NCBI GenBank assembly: GCA_964304625.1
Contig: OZ199838.1
Span: 5,592,178 to 5,656,177, forward strand
From: Kudoa neothunni
Lineage: Eukaryota > Animalia > Cnidaria
Direction: 5' to 3'
DNA length: 64,000 nt
The notes under the pieces are model-generated. The model was given only the letters and a program-made list of their open reading frames with translations, did no database searches and had not been told where the DNA came from. Positions within the stretch are counted from its first letter, which is position 1. Each line of letters starts with the position of its first letter. Shown here one piece after another: positions 10,599 to 22,389 of this stretch. Both the position numbers and the translations under genes were made by a program.

Positions 10599-13500
10599 TC
10601 AGCGTCCATTTTTTGGAATAAATTCTTTCGTTAATCTTACATAAATAGCAGGTTTCATGTTGGCCCTATCGTAGTATTCGTAACCCTAGATGATATAAAA
10701 GTTGAATGTGAAATCACACAAAAACTTATTGTTATCTACCCTAGACCAATCATATCCAACTGGAATATACTAGAGCGGAGCCAGTTCGATTGACAGCAGT
10801 AGCGGTGATAGGTAAACTCGACTGGTTGAGCGCCTATGTAAAAACCACAATTAACAATCAAAACCTAGAAGAGAAAGAAGGCAAACGCCTATAATTACAC
10901 CAAGTTTCTTTTTGTTTTCTATATCGTTGAAATAAAGTATACCATCACTTCCGCCACACACAATAGTTCGGTGGGATGGATGAAACGATATTGAATTAAC
11001 CTATAATTGATTATTTGTTATGGGAGATAATTAACAAACTATTGGTTGGTTGGCAGTAATTGCGCAATTAAAATTATAAAAGTTATTTATACCGGATAGA
11101 GGTTAATAGAGGAGCCATCGGGTGAATCTGGCTGATTGCATCGGAAACAATAATCATTTTGAGGTGATCTAGTTGAAGAAATATCATTAACTCTCCCATT
11201 TTTATTCATATAAATTTACTTGTGATAATAAGATGAGGTTTGTTGAAAGTATGTAACAGTGACGCGTCCAGATATGGTTCCAGTGAGAAATCCGGTACAA
11301 TTTTTTCCATGTTTTTCAGGAAAGCATGTAACACAGCGATTCTACGTCAACCAAAAGATTAAATTAGTAAGACGATACAAAAAACGTGACTTAATTGAAC
11401 ATACATTCACTTTAAGCGATGAATCTATTTTACGATACTCACTGAATACACTCCCGGTGAGTTTGTAGGTGAACACAGTCTTTGAGGAGGTGATTGCCGC
11501 CGCATATGGGAACATGTAATCAGCATCAAAGACTTTGTATGGAAGGTTGAAAGTTTTCATCGTTTGTTTAGTTCTAAGATCGGTGTATTTGAGAGTTTTA
11601 TCCCAAGAACCGGTAAGCAAATAGACGTCCCGTTGGTTATTCACGACACTAGTTACAGCGCACACTGGTTGGTTGTGCTAAATTATTTTATTCAAAGATT
11701 GATCAACACATACACAACACAAATTAAATTATTAACTGAATGTACATTTAGTGTATTAACAATAAAAAATGTAAATAAAGCAATAAGTATCTATATGTTA
11801 AAATTTTCATGTTAAAGTAATATTAAATTGAGATCACTCATATTATAATTATGCCAAGTCGTAAACAGACTTATCAAAAACAGTCAGCATAAATTTATGA
11901 ATCTGGATCAACTTAAAATGCACATATAATAAACATTCTTCATTAATTGATGAATAATAAATATTTTTCACAATAAAATTAAAAAATACCATATATAACT
12001 TACTTTCAGTATAAACAAATTAAGATTTATTAAATAAACATCCCGAGAAGGCGAAGGCGCTTTATTTGATTTCACGGAGTATTTCTTTTTATAATGAAAA
12101 AATAATGCCAATTAACTACGGTAGGTAACCGATAGTACGCACTTTCATCAATACGACATTTAAAGTTTATATTAGGTGGCAAGTTTAATAATATTTTTAT
12201 GATTGTAAAAACGTAAAAGTGCTTAAAATATCTTTGAATTAAACTAGGAAATTGCCAATCTGCTATATCATGTGACTAACCAATATCACGCATTTTTCGG
12301 CCAAACCGCGAAGATTTTATTTTTGTTCACTGGAAACGAGGGAAAATTTAAATGTTAAGCCGTGAAATCATGTTTACGCGGAGAAAATTACAATATTATC
12401 AATAAGCGCTTACAAAACATGAATATATTTACATTCATCCAAAAAATAAGCAAATAATCATAAAGTAAATTGATTAAGTATTCGCATTATTTATTAACAA
12501 ATAATTATATTTAACCCTTATCCACACGGAGGAGGTCAAAACGAACCCCATCTTTTTATTAAAAACTCTGAATGGTTTTTTAATAGAGGATTATACAATG
12601 CATTAGAGGTTAGTTTAATGTTGTATAACATGTATAAAACTTATAAATTGGTGCTTGGTAGATACGAAAAAATTACGACGATAATCATGTGTGCGACACA
12701 ATATCAATATATTCCAAATTTGCGAAAAAAAGCTTTTATTCAAATTAGAACATAAATAAAGTCATCAATTGAGATAAATCATAATATGAATTTTATCGAA
12801 AGTTTATTAGAGATATATAATCAAATTATTAGAACAAACCATTATGAGCTTTATTTTTGCCGTTGGATCATTCACTTATTTCCATCTGCAGATGGAGAAA
12901 AACATTGTTAATTTATTATCCATATTCAAATATTAATTGATGTAGGATTATTTTGAGCAATTATTTACACTGCCATTAAGTCACATTTCTCGATTTTTAA
13001 GTCATTTTTAACTCTTGCACAAAAATTCTCATCCCAATCTTTTGTTCAACAACTTTAAATAGTTTTTCAAATGGATGAATTTACAATATCATAACAGTTA
13101 ATTTAATATTTTAGAAATTTATTAGAAATCCTAAAATTAGTGTTGGAATAATAGGAAAATAGTACTTCTACTGGTCGTGCGCGTGATACAATGGATTCCG
13201 AATCGTCTGAAAAAATCCTAAGTTTTGAAGAAACTGATTCAGAATTTGGTGACTGCATGATTGATGACCCCCTCAATTGATTATTCTGATTCTGAATTTT
13301 AATGATAAAATCAATTTTAACGACAAAGCTGATCACACAATTATGTCGAAGGATGGAGAAAAATGGTCTGATAAAACCAACACGCATCAAAGACGACCTG
13401 ATGCTGAACACATTTTTTAAATTAAATCAGGGCTCAAGAAAAATGTGTTACAGCGATCTCATAATCCACTTATGTTGTTCGAAAATTTTATTGACCATCG

Positions 13501-16500
13501 TATGCTTGACTGGATCGTTGATTGTACCAACAATTACACAGACAAAGAACGACAGGAGTTAACTCTAATCACAAAAGATGTCCTGATGAAGTTTATTGGT
13601 TGCAGCTTGCTTATGGGGATAATGAATGGTAAAAATATGGACGTTCGTGAATTTCGGAGTCCTAAATACGACCAACCGGTTATCATACAATCAATATCAT
13701 CCATTTGCCTTTCTGAAAAATTATCTTCCTGCATAAGATTTGACAAACACGAAGAAAGGAACAAAAATGATAAATTTTCATCAATAAGAGAAATTTTTGA
13801 ACGTTTTATTTATAATTGCAGGAAAAATTACTCTCCATGTGAACAACTGACAGTGGACAAGCAACTTGTGACATTCCGAGACAGAAGTGGATTCAAAATA
13901 TATACTCCAGGCAAGCCCGGAAAATACGGAATTAAAATATGGGCATTATGCGATTCTAAAAATGCTTATTTATTTAATGCCAAGATAAATCTTGGAAAAG
14001 AAAATGGCCAAAAAGAGCTTCATCAGGCGAAAATATGGAAAAAAATTCGTGTGAGCCTGTTTTTAAAACTGGTAGAAAACATTACAACGAACAACTGTTT
14101 CACTACGCTATCTCTTGCAAGATTCCTACTAAGTCGACGATTAACTACAGTTGGAACCGTCAAGAAAAATAAAAAATTTTTACCGGCGGAATTCCAGGAC
14201 AAGAAGGGAAAGGAAGGAAACGTGAAGTTTTTACTCAAGGAGAAAGTTACCATTATATAACCCAACAAACAATAAATCAGTCGTCCTCTTGCCTACACTT
14301 CACAGAAATGCAGCAATTGATATAAGTAAAAAACCTGAAATTGTTGCATATTATAACACCAAAGGAGGTGTGGACACACTGGACCAAGTAGATCGGCATT
14401 TTTCTTCAAAAAGAAGAACTAGAAGATGGCGCTTTTTTCAACATGTTAAATATTGCTGCTTGCAACTCTTATTTGTTTAACTGCGAAAAACATCTTGCAT
14501 TCGTCGAAAAATATAAAAATAGGTCCAGATGGGAGTTTATCAAAATTATTACCAGACGAGCTATCATCCCCAAAAGATGTTGGGAACAAAACTCCCCCCA
14601 TTAAAGACACCAAGAATATCCCAAACAAAAATCAGAAAATGGTGCCAAATTCGTCGTCGTAATGACAGAAGTAAGACCATCACTCAATGCAAGTTTTGCT
14701 TTAATATGGTTTGCAAAAAATCACCAAGATGGAGGCATCATTTGTATTAATTGTTTAAGCTCTATTATAAACAAAAAAATTTTAAATGCATTTTTATTGA
14801 TTTTTTGGGTGAGTTATGAGTAACTTAACAATAGAAACGGATGAATAAATGAGGGCGTATGTAATTGATTAAAACAATATCCACATCAAATATTATTTGA
14901 AAAAGGGGCTGCCGCATATTGTCATCATATTTCTTCACCCGCATATGGAAATAGGTAAGTGATCTAATGGCCAAAATAAAGTCATAATAGTAGCCCTAGA
15001 AATCATATTCGGTACTTCCAATCCTATATCGACAAGGTTTAAATTAAATTTTATTTAAATTCAATAAAAGGTTGTATTTCGCCAATTTGGAATTTATTAG
15101 GTCGCTCGCACAATTAAAGTTATTTATTTTTCAAATCGACTAGACATTGATTTATAAATTTTATACATTCTACACACCACTAAGTTGTCTTCTAATATAA
15201 TTTATGATCATCCATTGAAAAGCTATTCAAACTTTTTTAAAAAGAGTTGGGGATCATTTGACCCCACTGTGTGGTAACGTAATCTTCCTCCGTATGGATG
15301 AGAGTTAAGTTTGTTTGTAAAAATAATAAATTCCCTAATATAAAAGCTAGAGAAAAAACTATGCATTCACGTAACCCGGTCTTTAGAAATTAAAAAATAA
15401 TAAGCTAACACACATTTACTTAAACAAATTTTATGGCATGTACAAACGCACCATAATTACAGAGGGCTCATTTGTTTGAATAGGATTATTGTAACAATAA
15501 ACACTCTTATTACATTACAGTTCAAATCATTAGGTTATAACTCGTGTATTGCTAAACAATAATTAAATTACACTGACGACATTGACCAATTCATCTCTTT
15601 CAAGATCCCACAATTTCACAGTATTGTCGGTGCAAGCCAAGTACAACTTTGAACCACTCTATTGAAATAGATTACAACAAAATTAAATTAACTAATAATT
15701 ACAGTATCCCAACTCGACTTAAGAGCACAACCTGGAATTTTTTTCCGCGACTTGGGGAAAACTTTTTGCGAGTCCATATCCACACCATATATCGAAATCT
15801 AATTTGTAAACAATACGTAATTAAATTTTAAAAGGTGTTAATTGAAAACAATTGATAATAATTGATATTATTATACAGTGCCATCCCAGGCCGTTGCTGC
15901 AACAAAATCTTCAACTGGAGAAAACTTAAGCGAAGAAATGGTATCGCATGGGGGCTCGGGAAATTCATAATCATTGTTTGAGTTAGATATTTGCCCAAGA
16001 TTTAATGTGAGTGTTTTGGATGTGCCCAAATAAAAGGGTTTTTTCATCTGACCTCCCACGTTAGCGATTTGTGAATTGATTTGTTGGTTCATATTAGTAA
16101 CACCTATAATACACATCCAACGAGGATAACACACGAAAACCATAGACTTACCGAAACCACTCGAAATTGTTGGTGGTATTGGAACTGAGGTTGTTTGAGG
16201 TCATACCGAAACCACCCATGTTGCCCATATTAGAGAAAACCCACCTGACGTTTTGGTGGATGCTCCGAAACCAGAGCCATACCCGGATGAAGCATTTGAT
16301 ATGCCTCCTGCGTTGCTATTGTTACCAACCGAGAAACCAGAAGAACCGCCAAAAGAGTTAGTAGTAGTTTTTGGTATTATTGAATCCAAAACCTCCACTT
16401 GCAGAGCCTATAAAATAAAGATGTTGTGAACGAATAAAATCACTGCAACAACGCAAATTTTTTGGAAAATATAAGATTTAATACCGATAGTATTTGAAGT

Positions 16501-17533
16501 AGAACCTACGAATCCTGAATTGACATTTGAGGAGGCTCCGAATCCTTGATTGACATTTGATGATGCTCCAAAGCCTGAGTTGACGTTTGAGGATGCTCCA
16601 AATCCCGCATTCACATTTGAAGAAGCTCCAAAACCTGAAGTATTAGTGTTTCCGAATCCGGTGTTGCTTGATTGGTTGAGAGTATTAGTGGTGGTGCTTC
16701 CTCCAAAACCAGAATTCAAATTAGAGCCAGCGCCAAAACCGGAAGAAAAGCCACTCGTGGCAGTGTTTGGCAATCCAAAGCCAGACGATAGATTACTCTT
16801 GGTGGTATTCATTCCGAATCCCGAAGATAGAGCACTAGCGTTGGTAGCAGCAGATTGACCACCAAAACCAGCGCCTAACCCACCACCAATCGATGTGTTG
16901 GTAGAAGCACCAGCTCCAAATCCTGATGAAGTTCCAAGAGTGCCTGTATTGGATCCAGCGGTTGAGTTGAACCCAAACGAGCTGGTTGAAGGTCCCCGAA
17001 CCAATACCACCCATCATATTAGAGCCAGTATTAGCTGGTTGAGTCTTTGATGAAAACCCAAACGCTAATATTCAATTAGACTGAGAAAATATAACTAAAT
17101 TTTACTTCCAAAAACATTAGAACTCTGCTGTTGGTTGGTAGTGGTTAGTATCTAATCCATTCTTACATAAGAAATCAATCTAACCGAACAATACTTCCAA
17201 GATTAAATCCACCACTATTGCTGCCACCAACATTAGATAAACCTCCTATAAATGTATTAAAAATCGCACCTAAAACCACATGTATAATATTTACCGCCAA
17301 AGCCTAAACACAAAAATAATGAGTTCATTAAACACACTCAATAAAGTATTACCACTTTGGTTCGGGTTGTTGGAAATAAGTCCACCTTGATTTTGGCCGA
17401 AACCACCGCCAAGCATTGAATTATTGTTTAGATTGGAATTTGGCTTACCAAAAACCTATTATTGGATTAGGTAAAATTTAAAAAATTCGAGCCCACCTGA
17501 CAAAGATGTGTTTAGAAGAGAATTGTTTTGCAT
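10599..17533 (-). CDS. RAE1: Rae1/Gle2 mRNA export factor (WD40) with long N-terminal FG/GFG-repeat extension; several apparent 1-2 nt frameshifts
   Basis: WD40 exons: DYEFPEPPCDTISSLKFSP..AATAWDGT, LLTGSWDKTLKYTDLR, GFLTGTISGRV, NDYCFRCNQ, LYPVNSISFHP..GGSDG, GYDWSRGYEYY; stop at 10601-10599. Upstream same-strand exons (17533-16152) encode GFG/FG repeats and splice into the first WD exon (16104-15876). Start codon position is uncertain. Confidence 0.85.
12515..15304 (+). mobile_element. Full-length but inactivated piggyBac transposon inside a RAE1 intron (antisense to the host gene)
   Basis: TTAA at 12511-12514 and 15305-15308. TIRs CCCTTATCCACACGGAGGAGG vs CTCTCATCCATACGGAGGAAG (17/21). 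Transposase motifs LTVDKQLVTFR, KPGKYGIKIWALCD, YYNTKGGVDTLDQ and a Cys-rich C-terminus, broken by frameshifts. Confidence 0.92.
16500..16640 (-). repeat. Coding tandem repeat, 30-bp unit (GFGASSNVN[A/S/Q]) x ~4
   Basis: Translation SGFGASSNVNAGFGASSNVNSGFGASSNVNQGFGASSNVNSGF in ORF 16408..17010. Confidence 0.85.
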
Positions 17534-18206
17534 ATTATTGCCAAATGAGGAGTTGTTAGGATTATTAACATAGTTTCGTAAAGCGCACCAGTGGAACAGC
17601 ACTTATTTCTCCGAAATGTGACGATGTATTACTATTCGGGTTTCTTCGTTTTTGTAACCCATTCCACGACAGACCATTAAAAGTTTAAATATTGATAAAT
17701 CAGATTTAATCATTACAGTTGAACTAAAATTGCATTATTAAATGAATTAATCTCCACAAGAATTTCTTTTTAACAACTGTGGCAATAAGAAAGCACCAAT
17801 ATCTTAAAATAAAGATTAGTTATTATTTATGTTTGCAGAATTTGATTACTTCTGCAACTCATAAGACGAAGTTCGGCTTTATTTAATTCCTTGGCGTACG
17901 CTTTGGATATTTTTGAATTGAGCGCTTTGGTAACAACATAATCATTTAAATTAATTATTCATCAACTAAAAAAGAGTGATAAATTACGTTATGATAGAAT
18001 TCAACAACTAATTTTTCGTTCTAGCCATAGTTTTCGCATCAAATATGACGTTATATGAATAATTGAGGAGGATTATTTTTAATTGCTTATACTTTTATAG
18101 TAGATGACCACACGTTTATGAATCCCCATGGGAATTGAAAAATGAACGAAAAAGTGGTTAGTGACCAGTTTTCGTACATTTGGCGTTTGCGCGAATATAT
18201 CTACTA

Positions 18207-19068
18207 CAGGCTGCCGGGGTTTAGAGGTTTTTCATTTTTAGAAAATATTGGGTTCTTATTGAAAACCTGTAAACATTGAATAATAACACAAATACTTATA
18301 TATGGGACATCAGAATATGTATTTTTTGTAACGTATCCTATTCACATTATATCACGCAGGTTTTAAACATTTACGATATTAAACGACAGTCTATTACAGG
18401 GGGTGGACAAATCACATCTCGCGAGCGCACATGACTTTAGGAAGTTGGCGTGCGGATTTAAAAAAAATTTAGACTTGACTTAACGTTTCATTAAATTTTG
18501 TTCATCAATTTATTTGGATACTATGAAAGTCATAGGATCATACATTTATACTGAATAAAAACGCATGAATTTAATATTAATTCATTATTAATTAAAATTT
18601 TTAGACAAAATATAAATATAATAAGTCACGAAATTTAATTTTTACTATTAGTGACTCCTTAAAATTTGAAGTTCATTAAATGCGCTTTATATTTTATGCA
18701 AGTCTGCCCATCCCTGGTCGATTTGATTAAAGTGATACGATTACATAATTACGAGGTGAACATTGTCGTACATTATCAGAAAATCTAAACGTTATTTTAA
18801 AATATACCTTGAATTATGAAATAATTAATTTTGGATATATTAAATTATATTAGGCATTATGTATAAGTGAGTGTTCGCGCCAAAAAATTGCAAATATTCG
18901 ATAATAAATTTAAATTTAATACCTGTAGACGAAATTTTTGAATCGGAGGAAGATTAAAAACTTTAATTTATACGATTCTATTTTTTATTTTACTTTAAAC
19001 TAGCGTTTTTCTCGACCTTGGGTTTTTTTACTTACATTTAGGTTTTTTAAACCCCGCTGGCAGCCCTG
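18207..19068. mobile_element. Non-autonomous hAT-type element
   Basis: Ends CAGGCTGCCGGGGTTTA..TAAACCCCGCTGGCAGCCCTG; 8-bp flanks ATCTACTA / ATCCATTA (6/8). Confidence 0.6.
18397..18716. mobile_element. hAT (Buster/Charlie-like) MITE nested in the 18207-19068 element
   Basis: Ends CAGGGGGTGGACAAA..TCTGCCCATCCCTG; flanks GTCTATTA / GTCGATTT (6/8). Confidence 0.55.
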
Positions 19069-19076
19069 ATCCATTA

Positions 19077-20179
19077 CAGGGGTCACTGAAGTTTTTGATT
19101 AGGGGCCACATTTTTGATTTTTCTAATCTTCTAGGGCCGAATCAAATTGTTACTCAAACAGCAATTATAAAAACGAAACAAAATTAACATAAATACAAAA
19201 ACTTATGGAATATATTCATGTTTGAAAAAACTTTTTCATTTTGGGGTACAAATTAAATCATTCCAATCATAAGAATTGAATCAAGGTATTGATCCGACAA
19301 CTGATTTCTGTAGCAGGATTTAATATATTTCACCTTTGAGGCCTCAATGGGATAACGATCTATTCCTAATCTATTGTATAATTCAAAAAATTGCGATAAT
19401 AGTCCACATTTTTTGTTTTAATTAATAAATATGACTTTTAGAATATAAAATTCATAGTTAATTAATTTAACCGTATTCATGTTGTGTATATGCTAATAAG
19501 AGGTTCATTTCCGAGTTTTCAATTTTGTGTTATTTATTAATCCCCATTTGGATATAAGTACAAAATTTTGTAAAATACTGTATATGATGCTAGAAAACAT
19601 CCAAGGAACGATGATTATTGCTTCATCATTTTAAATTTCCAGTACCAAATCAATTAAACCCAACCTGATTAAAAATTAGGGTTAATCAATTTAAGTTATA
19701 ATTTTAAATAATTAAGAACTTTAAACTATTAGAGGCATGAGAATCAAACAAACGCCGAAACATATATCTAATCGATTTGTGGTTTACATTCACAATCTCG
19801 CTATATTAATAATTCCATTTCTCTTCTATTCAAATTTAAATTAAATAAAAAGATCGTAGGGAACTAAATGAAGAGTTCTAATTAATATTCATCAATTAAA
19901 GTAACGTAACAACAACCTTCAAGCGAACCGACACAGTTACATTTGCGCATTCGACTTTAAGATAGCGATTACCAACTAAAATTGGGCTCGCGCCCCCATT
20001 TCTCGACAAAACGAAATTCGCATCCTTTGCATACGATAAGGTGTAACTGACTTGAAATTTATCAAAAATTATTTCCAATTTTGATCGGATCTCGCACCAC
20101 CTGAGACCAAACTTCGCGCCCCCAGTTGGGAATCCCTGTTTTAAGGGGAATACCGCGGTCCGTACTTTGGCGACCCCTG
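19077..20179. mobile_element. Further hAT-like remnants abutting the previous element
   Basis: Starts CAGGGGTCACTGAAGT; right-end-like sequences GTTGGGAATCCCTG (to 20138) and TTTGGCGACCCCTG (to 20179). TSD not matched. Confidence 0.4.
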
Positions 20180-20384
20180 CATTAGGGTTTCGCATGCAAG
20201 AGAGGTTAAAAATCATTTCTCTATGCAATAACGAATGGTTGAAAGAAAATCGTAACCAAGGTTTAATGTAAATTATGTTTAAAAACACTTAACTACTACA
20301 ACAAATAATGGCATTCATATACGTGCTTAAAACCCCAAACTTTTTAAATTGTTATTTACTACTTTTGCATGTAAATCACCCGTA

Positions 20385-21643
20385 CGGTAAGCAACCGATA
20401 ATACGCACCAAAGATGCGTGTGCAGGCAATCTTATTTTATATTTTCTTTATTTTTCGTCATGGGTATTACACCGTTTATTTAAATAAAACAAAAAAAAGT
20501 ATTATTAAGATTAGTTGGCTGAAAAATAATTTACAATTTTTTTTTCAATCATTTTTAATGATAAAATATTTGTCCTTTATATTAGGATAAATTTTGTGAA
20601 TGGCCAATTCTGAAAAATTATAAATAATATTTTATTTCTTATTCATTTTTTAGCGCAATATGAAAAAATTTTATCTATATCTTTTCCCTAAAATCTTTAT
20701 TTATGTGCATCTATAACATTCTTTGATTGGTAACTAACATTGTCTTGAAATAAAATTTTTCACTCGTTTCCAATAAAAACAATTTAATTTACGTGGTTTT
20801 GACGAAAAAAGTGCGTGTATCAGTGTTTCCCACCGGTGGGGAGTGGAAAATTTTTGGTGGAACATGGAAATCTTTGAGCGTTTAATGAACGACTCTTGTT
20901 GGACGTGGAAAATCCAGGGCATTGATGTGACATGGATAATGGTGAGATAATTGGGCACTATGGCGCATATTGTAATCAATATTTGGATTTTTGATTCTAT
21001 TTATTTTTAAACGAATGTTAATATCCCGAAACAATTACAAAAGCATTGATCAATTCATATAAAAAATATGAAAACGTTTAACATGGTTTTTGCTCAATAG
21101 AATTGGAATGGTTATAATTCAAATGTTGTCACATTTATAACCGTGATCCCCTCTTTTTTGGCTTATCCAAAAACAATATTGATTAATTTTTAATATTAAT
21201 TATCTAATTTCGTTTTATAAGATCCGAATACAGAAAAGTTTTGCCTGATGCGGGTTGGATTACCACAAGTTTCACTTAACACGGTTTTTGACTGAATGAA
21301 GAAGTAAAAATGTTAATTTTTAAAATCCATCTATGAATTAAATTAGATCTGATTGAATATATTTTAATTCTAATGAAGCTTGATTCAAAATTATAAGCAG
21401 TTTATGTTAAAAAATCAATACATTTGAAAAAGGTGGAGTGCGAATGAAAAAAGGTTGGAAAACATTGGCGTATATCACATTGATTATTCACGTGCTATAA
21501 CGGATTGGAAATATCCTAGTTTAATTATAAATATTTTTAAGACTTTTATTTTTTAACAATCACGAAAATATTATAAACCGTTTCACCCAATATAACGTTG
21601 AATAAGTCTATCGATGAATGTGCGTATCACCGGTTGCCTACTG
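20385..21643. mobile_element. Non-autonomous Tc1/mariner-superfamily element with TA target site
   Basis: 24-bp TIRs CGGTAAGCAACCGATAATACGCAC vs CAGTAGGCAACCGGTGATACGCAC (20/24), flanked by TA. Related ends occur at ~12118 and ~33313. Confidence 0.65.
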
Positions 21644-22389
21644 TATTACTTTTGGAAGATTTTTTTCTAATATTAAAGAGTAATAATTTAAAAACCTATT
21701 AAAATTTTTGCCAAATTTATTATCTTATGAGGAAATTAACAATTTTTTAATTGAAATTCTTTTTTCAATATATATTAGGAAAACTTTTATTAACCATCTA
21801 TTTTGTTTTATAACAATTTTATGAATACATTAATGAAATGTAACGTCAATATTATTTTCAACACAAAATCCGAATTAAGCATAAAGCAGAGTGTCTATTC
21901 ATAATCCCTATTGATTAAAGCCAAGATTGATATGAATTTAAAAATTTTATTTTTTTAATTGAACTTTATCTTCCTCGATTACTATATGCTGTTATTTTAA
22001 AATAAGGCAAAAAGATGATTATTTTATGCAACAAGTCGATTTACAAGAGTGCTTCACTTATCCGCGGAAAGTCCTCTAATATATCCTCCTCTGTACACGA
22101 CGAGCTTATTGTATATATATATATATACATAAGAGTAAAAAATACATTCTCACATATCTATTTGGTAAAATATTATTTTTGACCAAAAAAATTCAACCAC
22201 AAAATTCAACCACAAAATTCAACAGCATAAATATGAAAAATGATGCGCGCGTTCATATTGCTGGTCAAGTTTAAGACATTATCGTAGTAGGATCGATCCA
22301 ATTAAATGCGTGATCAAGTGATCTCAAATAATGCGTAATACAGATAATTTTTTTTGATCTAGTATAACAATTCAAATCCGATAAAAAGG

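Noticed and set aside
16152-17533. Separate Nup98 or other FG-nucleoporin gene
   Set aside because: No GLEBS, autoprotease or coiled-coil domain and no independent terminal exon; the exons splice into Rae1.
22187-22225. 13-bp tandem repeat AAAATTCAACCAC (about 3 copies) as a CRISPR-like array
   Set aside because: No spacers and a eukaryotic context; a simple tandem duplication.
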